From the NCBI GenBank assembly GCA_002245135.1, contig NGBS01000881.1, positions 62,001-126,000 on the forward strand: DNA of 64,000 nucleotides. Direction: 5' to 3'. This stretch comes from Proteromonas lacertae. Lineage: Eukaryota. The notes below the pieces were generated by a model. It worked only from the letters and a program-made list of their open reading frames with translations. It searched no databases and was not told the DNA's origin. Made by a program: the position numbers and the translations under genes. This document shows, in pieces, positions 51,419-64,000 of the stretch (the stretch's first letter is position 1; the number at the start of each line of letters is the position of its first letter).

Positions 51419-54400
51419 ATGTCAGAAGCACAAAATTCAAATGATATAAGTCAAGAGTCAAAAGAAAACAAAAAGAAGAAGATACAAACAGCAGAAAATG
51501 CCAACTGCTTTTCCAGTTTGTTATTTAACTGGTGCCAACCGACTTTAAGATTAGGAAAAAAGCGTCCTCTCAATTTTGAAGATCTACCTCCTTTACCGTA
51601 TACTAGCGTTATTTTATATAAATAGAAAAGCTGATTCAGCTCAAGGGGTTAAACAATCATTCTACAAAGCTTGGGAAGTAGAAAAGAAGAAAAAGAAGTA
51701 TATTGTGTATTTCATTTATTAGACCTTCATTATCATGGGCTTTATGGAATGCTTACAAGACTCATTACATATTTGCAGGATTTCTCAAGCTGATTCATGA
51801 TATTCTTCAATTTGTTAGTCCAATAGCATTAAATTTGCTTATTAAGTTTATGGACGATACATCCAAGCCATTAGTATATTTTAATGATATTATTTATTTA
51901 TGAATAGTATGAAGGAATTATAATCGCATGTGTTGTTTTTGTATGTTCAATAATACAAAGTTTATGTTTGAGACATTATTTTTATTATTGTTATGAAGTA
52001 GGAATGTTAATTAGATCAGCTGTTATAGCTAGTATATATTTCATATTATATATTATTTAGCTGTGTATGATAAATCATTAAAGTTAAGTACAAAATCGAG
52101 AGATAAATATACTACAGGTCAAATTAACAATATGATGGCAGTGGATGGTATGAAGTTACAAGGTTTAACAGGTTATTTACAGACATTATGGAGTGGTCCA
52201 TTTCAAATCATTGTTTCAATAGTAATGTTATGGATGCAGTTAGGTTATAGTTGTTTAGGTGGTTTAGCTGTTATTATTATTATGGTTCCTTTATCTGCAT
52301 GGTTTGCAAACAAAATAAAACATTATCAGAAATTAATTATGGGCACAAAAGATGAGAGAGTCAAGTCAACAGGTGAAATGCTGAATGGAATTAAAATAGT
52401 GAAATTACAAACATGGGAAGAAAGTTTTAAAGAAAAGATTCATAATTTCAGAAAAGTAGAATTAAAAGATTATTATAAAAAGACATTTTATGACTGTATA
52501 TCATCTGGATTATGGGGAGCAACACCAGCATTAGTCGGAGCTGCTACTTTTACACTTTATACAGCAGTTGGTTATAAATTAACTGTAGCAACAGCTTTTA
52601 CTAGTTTATCTTTGTTTGATATACTGAGATTTCCTATTTCTATGTTACCTAAGGTTATTAGTAACGTTGCTGAAGCAAGAATATCACTTCAAAGAATAGA
52701 ACAATTCTTGGAAGGTGAAGAAATAACAGAAATAGGTAAAGATGAAGGAAGTGATGTTAATATTAAAATTGAAAATGCTACATTTAATTGGCCTGTAACA
52801 GAATCACCAGCTGGTTGTGTTAAATCTCCTCGATCACCACATGAAGGTAATACATTACAACATATTAACTTTGAAGCACATGATAAAGGATTAATAGCCA
52901 TAGTTGGTGATGTAGGAAGTGGTAAAACTTCATTTTTATGTAGTTTGTTAGGAGATATTGAATTAGTTGAAGGTAAAGTGAATATGAATGGAAAAGTTGC
53001 TTATTCATCACAAGTACCATTTATTCAAAATGCATCATTAAGAGATAATATATTATTTGGCAAAGAATTTGATGAAGCAAAATATAAAAAAGTGTTATAT
53101 AACTGTGCTTTAGTTCCAGATTTAGAAATCTTACCAAATCGAGATTTAACTGAAATAGGTGAAAAAGGTATTAATCTAAGTGGAGGTCAAAGAGCAAGAA
53201 TCAGTTTAGCCAGAGCTTTATACAGTGATAGTGATATTTATTTATTAGATGATATATTAAGTGCTGTAGATGTTCATGTTGGTAAACACATATTCAAAAA
53301 TGCAATAAAGAAAGGTCTAAGTAATAAATTAGTATTATTAGTAACAAATGCTGTTGAATATTTGAATGAAGTTGATGATATTATTGTGCTAAGTAAAAAT
53401 GAAATAGCAGAAAGAGGAAATTTTGATACATTAATGAAGGATAATGGAATATTTACTTCATTCTTGAATGCTTTAAAAGTTAATAGAAATAATGTTAATA
53501 AGACCGAAGATGAAGATGAAAGAAGATCGGCTGTAAGTCTAGATGCAATATCCAAAGTTGAAGATGTATATAATATTATATTTAATAATTATATTGTCAA
53601 ATAGATAAAAATAGGAAATGAAAATAAAAATGATCTTATAACAATTGAAGAAAGAGCAACAGGCCAAGTAGCTTGGAAAGTTTATCAGACGTATATAATG
53701 TCAGTTGGTGGTTGGATTGTTGTAATACTGATTTTAGTAGCATTTACAATAGGTGAAGGTGTAACTGTTGGTAATAATTTGTGGTTATCTTTATGGTCTT
53801 CTGAAATGGAAAAACCTTCACCACTCTATTCCACCTGGACATTTTTAGGTGTTTATTTAGGATTAGGTTTTGGAAGTGTGATTGTCATGGGTTTAAGAAC
53901 GTTCTATTTAAAGATAAAAGGATTAAGTGCAAGTCAAATATTACATGATAATTTGTTAGACACTGTTTTATATTTACCAATGTCATTCTTTGATACTACT
54001 CCAATTGGTAGAATATTGAATAGATTTAGTAAAGAAGTGTATATAATTTTATTTATTTATATTATATTTAATAGTGATGTTATTGATGGAACATTACCTG
54101 ATACATTAAATTCATATTTCCAACAAATATTTAGAGTTCTTTCTACCATTGTGGTTATTGTATATGCTACTCCGTGGTTTTTAGTTGCAATAATTCCAAT
54201 CTATTTCATATATAGAGCATTTCAGAATTATTATTTAATGAGTTCAAGAGAAATCAAAAGATTAGAATCAATCAGTAGTTCACCAATTTATGCTCATTTT
54301 TCTGAGACTTTAACAGGAGTTTCAACAATCAGAGCATATAAAGATCAAACTAGATTTATCAAACAGAATGAAGATAAAGTAAATGATAATCAAAGTGCTT

Positions 54401-55434
54401 ATTATATGACATTCTCTTGTAACAGTTGGTTAGGTATTCGATTAGAATTTACTGGTTCAATAATTGTATTAGCAGCATCAATATTATCAGTAATAAAACA
54501 TGGAGATGTAGATTTTACTAAATATGCTGCATTATCATTATCATATGCTTTGAGTGTAACTCAATCATTAAATTGGGTTGTGAGAATGACAAGTGATAGA
54601 GAAACAAATATTGTATCTGTAGAAAGAATTGATGAATATATACATAATGAAAGAGAAGCTAGTCCAATAAATCCATTGAATAGACCACCAGATGCTTGGC
54701 CTGAAAATGGAACAATTGATATGAAAGATGTAGTAATGAGATATAGAGAAGGATTAGAACCTGTTTTAAGAAATATTACATTTCAAATTCCTGCATTGAA
54801 AAAGATAGGTATAGTAGGAAGAACAGGAAGTGGTAAAAGTTCATTGTTATTAGCGTTATTAAGAATTGTAGAGAGTGAAGGAGAGATTATTATTGATAAT
54901 GTTAATATTAAATCGATTGGTTTAAGAGATTTAAGGAGAAGAGTTGCTGTTATTCCTCAAGAACCAATTATATTCAGCGGAACAATAAGAGCTAATATTG
55001 ATCCTTTTAATGAATATAGTGATGATGTTATATGGAAAGTGTTAGAAAGTTGTAATGTTAAAGAGTATGTAGAAAATGAAGGTGGTTTAGATGCAACAGT
55101 GTTAGAAAAAGGAAGTAATTTAAGTCAAGGCCAACAACAACTGTTATGTATAGCAAGAGCAATGATAAGAAAATGTAAGATAATAGTAATGGATGAAGCA
55201 ACTTCTTCAATTGATATTAAGACAGACAGTTTGATTCAAGATACAATTGAGAGAGAGTTTAAGAATTGTACTGTCATTACAGTTGCTCATAGAATCAATA
55301 CCATTATTAATAGTGATAAAGTAATGACAATGGATAGTGGTAAATTGGTAGAATATGATGATCCTAATGTTTTAAGGGAAAACCCTGAGAGTTTATTCCA
55401 TATATTGCTAGAAGAGTTTAAGCATAATAATTAA
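51419..55434 (+). CDS. ABC transporter, ABCC/MRP subfamily (TMD-NBD-TMD-NBD), multi-exon
   Basis: GDVGSGKT, IGEKGINLSGGQRAR, LLDDILSAVD, FFDTTPIGRILNRFS, VGRTGSGKSS, MDEATSSID; stopless 36-nt intron 54039-54074. Confidence 0.95.
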
Positions 55435-55759
55435 TATTATTCTTTTTAATAGTATAGATGTTTTTCATATTAATAAAAGAAATTTACCAGTAAAAGTGAT
55501 TAAGAATTAATAATCATACTAAGAGAATATACTCTTTTTAGTTTTTCAATTTCAACATCACTACTCTCTCATTTCTCTGCTCTGCTTTTCAGAACTTATA
55601 CAATAACAACATCTTCTACAAGATAATTTTATAAGTAGGTGTTAAGAACTTTTTCTATTTTTATGAAAGGAATATTATAAAAAATTCTATAGAATATAAA
55701 ATTAATGATATGAAAACATTATTATTTATTCTTACATCATAAATAGCATAATAGAACAT

Positions 55760-56511
55760 TTATTTTTTATTGCATAATGGACAAAACCAATTTCCTTTAG
55801 GAATTGATTTTAATCCAGCACATTGTTTATGATAAACACGATGACATGCTTCACAACATAATAAATTACCTTTCCTCTTACAAATATCGCATTTATCATT
55901 CCATATATCTTTCTTCTTAATTTCATTTATTTTTCTTTTCATGTTTTTAAACTCATAATTATTTTCATTAACAATACTTCTTCTTATTCTTTTAGATGGT
56001 TGTTGCATGCTTGATTGAATTAAAGCATATATTAATCTTTGAATTACTTCTTTTACACTTTCATCAGATTCTAAAACACACATCTTGCTGATTTTCTTGA
56101 TTAAGTTTGTAGCATCTTCATCATTAATCTTTCCTTTTTCGTTAATCTATAATAAAACATCAAAATATTATACTAAATGAAGAAGATTGTTCCAAAATAT
56201 AATATCATGCTTTTTTAAGTATTTACCTAAGTACATTTCTTTGATGCAATCTTCATATTCCTATAAACAAATAGTCTAGTAGAAAGATACTTCAATCAAT
56301 TTTTCTATTATATTCTTAAAATCATTTAAATCAGTATATTTAACCCGATATTTTGAAAAATCACATATGTACCACATTTCTTTTACCTTAATACTTTCTA
56401 TATTAACATCAAATTCTGAACTTCTTTGAATTTTTTTTAATTCTTTGCTAATCCATATAATAATATAAAACCATACTCTATATATGTCCTAATATGTTTT
56501 ATCTTATTCAT
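55760..56511 (-). CDS. PHD-finger protein, multi-exon
   Basis: CDICKRKGNLLCCEACHRVYHKQCAGLKSIPKGNWFCPLC (C4HC3); upstream short exons to ATG 56511. Confidence 0.8.
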
Positions 56512-56878
56512 TGAGATGAATATTTGATTAGGCTTGAGAGATATTTTGGGCTTGATGGATGTTATATCATTATTTCTTCATTTTCTATTCCCAATTACAA
56601 ATCTCCAAACCCACATATTAAATTTATCATATAATAAAAGCCGATAATGTTATAAACCCAAAACTGTATTACATTTTCAATATTTCATATCCATTTCATG
56701 TGAATTACAATAATAACTAGAATTATTGATGAAAAAAGTATTTTCATAAATAAAAAGTGGTTATTTCATGAGATTTTAGAAAAAGAAAGTTCAAATTGAA
56801 GCTTGATAATCACGATCTGATCTAGTCTCAATTTTATCATTTCTTTAATTTCTTTCAAACCAAGTGTCAATTGTGGAA

Positions 56879-56900
56879 TATATATATATATATATATATA
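56879..56900. repeat. (TA)n microsatellite
   Basis: TA dinucleotide run in intergenic DNA. Confidence 0.85.
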
Positions 56901-57620
56901 TGATATAACACAGAACATCGTAACAATAGGAACTATTTCAAAGTAAATATTATAATCATCTTACATTCTTCTGTTTGAAGAAGTGGTCAATCCATATATT
57001 ATTAATATTCTGATAGAAAAAAGATATTTATAATATAAAATCAGATGGTTATTTATTTTGATAATAATGCTTTTTTATTTTGTTTAGCTGTAGCATTATA
57101 TGATATTATGTAAGAAACTAATATTAGATAGTTGGATATATTTTTATATCACAGAAATATTAATTAGTAGTATTGTCTATAAGTGAAAAGCAGTATATTA
57201 TCTTATATATAACTATGTGATATTAACATTATATTTTGCATTTGCGATGATATGTGATGATTAAATAGAAATTTCAATAAAAGCTATATAGTTATGGTTG
57301 ATATTAATTCTGTTTATGTAATTCCATCTTTATGAATGTTAATGAACATATAGTTAATAGATGCGAGTTTCAAAATGTTGAAATTATTCTTCTTTATATA
57401 TTGATGTATAAATATGACATTTATGTATTGTTGAAAATGCAATTAATGAAATCTTCTATTTTTCTTTTAGTAAACGACTCTGGTGATTAGTAAATATACT
57501 TAAATGCACATATGCATGTTCTTAAAGAGGTTGCATATTGGTCGCATATGTTGTGTTTATTGCTTGAAGATGTGCGTCATAATAAAAATAATAAACACTT
57601 TTTCATTTTGTATTTTCTTG

Positions 57621-60600
57621 ATGAATTTCAATAAACAAATCATTTCATGTATATTACATTTATCTATACACAATATATTCATATATTCTTATAGTTGTTA
57701 GCTTAATTGTTGTATTCTGTAGAGCATTTAACTATGAATCAAATCATCCCCAATTCAAAAAGGATGTGACAATTGATGTTCTTAAACCTGATGGGATGGG
57801 GAATGGTAAATACACAGTATCTACTGATTTACCAACTGGTTTATCGATTGATGAAACAACAGGATATATTTCAGGAACTGCAGGAACATTTCAACTTACA
57901 GTATTTTTTAATAAGGGAGAAGATGATGCTGATACATGTTCTTTGATGATATTCGGTATATTAAGTAAAATCTATAACTATAGTTCTGGATCCTCCTGTA
58001 ATAAATTGTGGTGTTTCAAAATTAACATCTTATGCTTTAATAAACACTGAAATTGAATGTAGTTCAACAGGGAACATTCATGAGGACGATTGGTCAATAA
58101 GTCCAAATAATTTGAGAGGAGTTGAACAGAGAGGTTCTAGAATAGTGTTTCGTAATTTTGATGCAACTCAATCTAGAACAATTACTGTAAGAGGTTCAAA
58201 TGAAGGAGGTGAATCTTCTTATAAAATAGAGATAGTGAAAATTGAAAATCCTACATTATATGATGGAATTTATACAAGATTGAATGATTTAACCACAACT
58301 CCATGTGATCAATATTATGATGGAATTGAAGTATATAATACATTTCCAATAAATGGTGCAATGTCGAATCTTAATGATTTAACAAATCAAAGTCAATGGA
58401 TTAAAAAATGAATAATATTTATTTCTCAGGTATTTTTACAACATTTAATGGAACTTTGGATGGATTTATTAATATTGAAACATCTGGTGAATATACATTT
58501 TATTTACAAACAGGTAAATCAATGGGTGCTAGAATATATTTAGAAAATGAAGAGATATTATCAGATTGGGGTGAATGTAAAGAATGGAATGAAATACCAT
58601 TATCAAAAAGTATAACCTTAGAAAGTGGTTTAAAAAGAGTATTTATAGAAATAATGGGTGGTGAAAGTTTAGATATGCATTTTGTATTTGACTATTCGAC
58701 ACCTGGTAGTAGTGAAAGAAAAACAATTCCATTTAAATATACTAATGCTCATTTTGATCCAATATCATTCTTAAATGTTGATGCTACATTGATTAGTTGG
58801 TTAAATGATGCAAATAACTATACTCCACTTCATGTATTAAGAGGTGTTGCTGATAGTTGTTGGATAAGTAATAAAGTTGAATTACCAGAAGGTTCTGAAA
58901 TTACAACTGATTATATAAAAAGCCATCCTCAAGAGAATATGGATTATAAAACCTATAAAATTAAATGTAAAAATTCTGATAGTGAAACAAATGAAATAAC
59001 AATTCAAATTCGTGTAACTAGTAAAACATTATCTGGTGTGGTTGCTTATTATTATAAACCAAATAATTTTGACACATTATGTGAAACAGGATATGGACCA
59101 ACTACCAATGGACTTGAACCAGTTTATATTCAAAGACAAGAAAATGTAGAAATAGTTGAAACTGAAGATGATCCACATCCAGAAGGATTGAGTATTGATT
59201 TCTTAGATGATTATGCTGCTTATTTTGAATCTTATTTAAGAATAAAAGATGATCAACCTGAAGGAGTGTACAATTTTCGAGTTCAGTGTGAAGGTGGTTG
59301 TTGGGTATATTTTAATAATGAAATGGTAATAAATAAAGCTGGCCGAAATAGTTTTGATGATGCTTCTTATTTCAATTACACTTTGACATATGATTATTTA
59401 TTGTATCAAGTATATTATTCAACTCATAATGGTTATGCTAAAATTGATATTCAAATGAAATACTACAGTGATGAAAACTATGATTATAATATTCAAGAAT
59501 ATTATGTACCATCAAGCGATTACTTTGTAATGACTCAAAGATATGCAACTTATATAAGTGGTCAAACTGTTAGTAATCAAGCAATTCCAGTAGAAAGTTT
59601 TTATTGTAAAAGTGTAACAGTTGAACCAACATTACCAGGTGGATTAATGGCTTTATGTCGAACAACTGCAATAATTGGTGGAACAATTGAATCTGATTTT
59701 AATCATGAAGTTGAAGAATATACAATTACAATTGTTAGTACTGAAGATAATTCATATTCTTATCCAATTTATATAGGAATTAAAAGTATATTTTATAATG
59801 TAATTTAATCTAATAGCTTCTGCAACTCCAAGTGGATTATATATTCAAGATCTTGAAGCAGGAGAAATATATAAAGAAACAATTTCTTTAATAATTGGTA
59901 AATTTTATTCTTTACAATTTCATATTGAACAAGGTTATGTTATATCATTTAGATTAGATAATATACCTGTTGGTTTTAGTTATGATTGGAAATCAAGTAC
60001 ACTTTCAGGTAGTCCAATAGAAGAATTAAATTCAGAATTACATATAGAAGCAATGCTTCGTCCATTTGATGGTGATAGAATGGAATTTAAATTTGGTTTA
60101 ACAGCTACCAGTGGTTGTGAAAGTGGAAGTAGTATGCATGCATTTGTATTTACATCTGATGTCGATAATGGCTATTTTACTCTTCTTAATGTTGTTAGTT
60201 CAGATGGCACAACAGCTATTGATCATTCAAGTTATGAAACAGTTGATTTACCTTTTACACTAAGTCAGTGTATAACTACTGATGTCTATACAATTTACAC
60301 TAATGCATTTTATGATTATACATTTACAGTATATAATAATGGTGTTAAAGTACATAAATCTTCCCATAATAGTTACGAATCTGCTAATATTGTTTTAAAT
60401 ACAGGTATATATTTATATAAATAATAATAATAATATAGAACCAATTTTACCAGTTTTCAAATATTTCGCATCTAATGTTACTATATATTTAGGTAATGAA
60501 ATATTATTAATGCCAAGAATTGAAACATTTATTGAATCATATACAATCAATCCAACTGCACTACCTGATGGAATTCTATTTGATAATATAACCGGTAGAA

Positions 60601-61443
60601 TATATGGAAGAGCAAGAAGTTTAACAAATTCAACGAAATATACAATTACTGCTACTAATGGCAAAGGAAAAGCTACATTTGATATGTTAGTGCATGTAAT
60701 ACCAAATACTGAAGAAGATGATTGTGAAAATGCTGAAAAGTTCTTATTTGGTTTAAAGATGTCAATAAATGAATATCCAGAAAGAGTAGGTTATGAATTG
60801 ATGGATTCAAATGGGAATATTATATTTAATCGAATTCAAGGTACATTTGAAGCTAATACAGACTATACAATTAAAATGTGTCTTACAAAAGGATGGTATA
60901 CATTAAGACTAGTTGATTATACAACTTATGGTTGGGGTGGTTCAACAGCAACATTATATGCAGGTGATTCAATGATAGGAAAATATACTATAAATATGAA
61001 TGATGATGCTAAGAAAGATATAACAATGGATTGTATAAATATAAATTTATTATTATTATTATATAGTATCTTATCTTATGGATACACATACTAAGTGGGA
61101 ATATAGTCAAATGTATCAAGAAAATTGGATGTTAAATAATTTTACTTCATCATGGCCATCATCTAGAATAAATGAACTTAATAAAGCTACTTCGTCTAAT
61201 CCAACTTATTACTTAAGATATCCATTAATATTTAGTGATTATAATAAATATTCAGGATATTTTATTAGATTTACTCATAAATCTGGTGTAATTATAAGAA
61301 TAAATGGAAGAGAAATATTCCGAGATAATTTAGGAAGTGGAGATATTAATCAAAACACTCAAGGAGACAGTACATATGAAATACCACAACAAGATAAATT
61401 TATATTACCAATAGATGATTTAAATACTACAGCCATTATATAA
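57621..61443 (+). CDS. Second He_PIG/PA14 surface-protein paralog, multi-exon, 3'-truncated (possible pseudogene)
   Basis: Signal peptide after splicing, LPTGLSIDETTGYISGT, PA14-like DGFINIETSGEYTFYL, LPDGILFDNITGRIYG, GVIIRINGREIFRDNL; stops mid-domain with no Cys repeats or TM. Confidence 0.75.
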
Positions 61444-61911
61444 AACAGCATTAGAACATTCATCAACAAATGAAAAAAACTCTATTGTAGTAATCATATT
61501 GGTTGCTGTTATAATAATATAGTATAGGTGTGATATATAATAGAAATAGAAAGAATATGAAACAGCAAATCAATATTATAGAAATGCTTTGTTATTTTGT
61601 TCAACTAATAAAGATAAAGAAACGAATAATAGAATGGCAGGAAATTGTTACTATAATATAGTATTTATATAATTACTACAATGAATAGAAAGAATATGAA
61701 AAAGCAATTCCATATTATAAAACTGCTTTAGAATATTGTTCATCAATTGAAAATTTGGAATATTCAAATAGAATGATAGGAGATTGTTATTATAATATAG
61801 TATTTATATAATGATTATACTGAATAGAAAGATTATGAAGAATCAATCTCATTCTATGAGAGTTCTTTATTATATTCTTCATTTAATGAAGATGTAGGAT
61901 ATTTAGAATAG
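61433..61911 (+). pseudogene. TPR-like tandem exon-intron repeat remnant, 139-bp period
   Basis: 28-nt introns start at 61522, 61661 and 61800, separating 111-nt exons KEYETANQYYRNAL...GNCYYNI / KEYEKAIPYYKTAL...GDCYYNI; no 5' end. Confidence 0.75.
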
Positions 61912-62264
61912 TTTTTGAAAATAAATTCGTTTCATTCTCATTCAAATCAGTTACATTGAATAAATCAAAATTGAATGACGATGAAAGTAAATAAAAATAT
62001 GAAATGAATATAATGAGCATAAATGTAAAGAAATCTAAACTCTAAAGTGTGGAATGTATTAGAGAATATGAATAACAACGTATACATATAATCGATGATA
62101 TTATGTTTTATAGTATGAAAATAACAAATGGATATTTACCACTCATAATTTATGTTTTGATGGTTGATGAAAAAAAAGAATCAGAGAGTATTTATTTACT
62201 AAATAACTGAAAAAGTGAAGGTGTAAGATGTGATAATGGTATTGAAGAAGGATCTGTTATTTGA

Positions 62265-62726
62265 ATGTATCATGACCTCTTTTCATATTATACTACGTTT
62301 CGTGATATTTCAAACACAAATACAGCACCATCAGCTACTGTTAATCCACAAGTTATATATGTACAACCACAAATAAGTGTAGTATATCCAAATCCAAATC
62401 CTCAACCAATCCCAGTGAATTATCAACCTTCAAACCCACCACTAGTTCAGCAAAGCCCTTATTTCCCTTCATCTAATATTACTCCTCAACCAAATCCTTA
62501 TTATCCTCCTAATTATATACAATCACAATAATCAATACCACAGCAACCACAACAACCTATAGTATACCTTCATCAACCATATGTTGGAACAATGCAACCT
62601 CCTCCACAAGCGCAACCTCTCTCACCAATACCACGTGCAGCACCATGTCTACAACCTCAGACTGGAAATAGTAACCCTCATTTAGTAAATAGTATAATTT
62701 TAATTATGTTTTATTCATTAATATAG
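62265..62726 (+). pseudogene. P/Q-rich ORF with an internal TAA
   Basis: P/Q/Y-rich composition continues in frame on both sides of TAA 62529-62531 (CAA TCA CAA TAA TCA ATA CCA CAG CAA CCA). Confidence 0.5.
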
Positions 62727-62815
62727 TGTATATTGGTGTAGTTCTCTTCCAAAATACCAAGCTAACTTTGGCGGATATTGAAATTTTGAAAATCCTTCTT
62801 TGATTACTCCTGTAA

Positions 62816-64000
62816 ATGGAACTTTCAGTCAGCAAAATATTGTCCTTTAAGTCAGAAAAGATGCAGAATACAATAAAAGGTATGAAAGATGCAGAGAGGA
62901 CATTGATTGCAGATCAAGATGCTCAACAGTCGTTATCTTCTGTAATTAAGCATGCTATTACCAGTAAAGACGTTGGTTTAATGTTGAATATCATTAAAAT
63001 CGTTGCATTAGTTGCCTCCCAGCCATCAAATGCCAAATTTTTAATCAAAGGTGATGTTGTTAAGCAACTTTACGATGTATTTACTATATTTATTTATATT
63101 ATACATGTAGATATATTCATCTTTGAGAATACAAGAAGATTTCGATAAATGCCGTAAAGTTGACTTTTTTGTCTCAATTTCAGAAATTGTAAGTGTATTA
63201 TGGTATAAATAAATAGATTGACTATGACGAAGAGGATACTGCATTAAAAGAAGACAATGATCGTCTAAGAGACTTAGTAGCTTCACAGTTTTGTGATACA
63301 CATGCAAGAGACTGCTGTAAAGAAGAGGTAAATATATTTATTTTACTATTATATATAGGATATTGAAGTGAAAAGAGAGATCATAGCCTGTATCTCAATA
63401 TTCTTGGATGGAAGTCTTGACAATGTGCTTAAGAAATATTCCACCGTGATACAATTTAAAGAGATAGCAAGAAATGTGTTAAATTGCACAGGTATGTATA
63501 AATCTATCGTTTTGTAGACTTTTCGTTGCAGTGCTCATGTATAGAGATTGTCTATAGGTTACTCATACACTCAGACAGTGAGAAATACCAAAGAAAAGTT
63601 AATTCGATTATTAATGAACTCCAAGATTGTAAACAGTATATATTTTATTATAATTTATTACTATAATTTAGAAAAACGAATATTTCTAGTGTCATTCTTC
63701 ATACACTCTAAATCTGATGAGTACCTAATTGAGACAGTCAATTGGTTGGATTTAGGTAAGGAATCAATTAGATGTTTAGTTCCTGATAAAGAAATCAACA
63801 AAATAAATACCATATTTCAATATATTAAAGTGATCAGTGTCTCATTTCTTACTATTGTTTTACTAAACCAAACAGATAGCAATAATTATGATGACAATAA
63901 TGAATTTACTATACCAGAGCCAAATATTATTGGCAGTAGTAATGGTAATACAGAGATAGCTAAACCAAAGAGATTAATATGGAATAATCCAATTAACAAT
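62816..64000 (+). CDS. Hypothetical helical (ARM/HEAT-like) protein, multi-exon, runs off window
   Basis: ATG 62816, amphipathic helical sequence, regular short GT-AG introns. Confidence 0.55.

Noticed and set aside
823..55434. Blastocystis-style stop codons created by polyadenylation
   Set aside because: The conserved genes whose 3' ends I examined have a genomic stop at a plausible position; no case is supported without cDNA
62529..62531. In-frame TAA in a Gln-rich ORF, suggesting TAA=Gln reassignment
   Set aside because: Well-conserved genes here (AP-2 mu, cyclophilin) end at TAA exactly where expected and long ORFs lack internal TAA; a CAA>TAA mutation in a decaying region is simpler

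Overview
AT-rich, gene-dense eukaryotic DNA with many tiny (about 24-45 nt) GT-AG introns. The intron style and gene content (He_PIG/PA14 surface proteins, GT31 galactosyltransferase, bacterial-type macrodomain) suggest a low-GC Blastocystis-like gut stramenopile; this is inference only. About 30 protein genes can be read: DnaJ, MPC2, DEAD-box helicase, AP-2 mu, two GT61-like genes, USP, Zn-macrodomain, NF-YC, NEF1-like, two giant surface proteins, KH protein, cyclophilin H, HSD17B14-like SDR, VPS33, NOL10, TRIC-like, ABCC, PHD protein and others. The most notable structures are recent insertions and rearrangements. (1) A 639-bp almost wholly palindromic TG...CA element with a 5-bp TSD sits in the cargo-binding motif of AP-2 mu. 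(2) A 1086-bp non-autonomous hAT transposon with an 8-bp TSD sits in the catalytic loop of a pseudokinase. (3) A 1.84-kb pseudokinase cassette is bracketed by an apparently identical 646-bp direct duplication that leaves both neighbouring genes intact. (4) A truncated surface-protein gene abuts an exon-repeat TPR remnant. Several genes carry single-base frame breaks, most likely assembly errors or decay. No rRNA, tRNA or CRISPR array was recognised. All calls come from manual motif recognition, not database searches.
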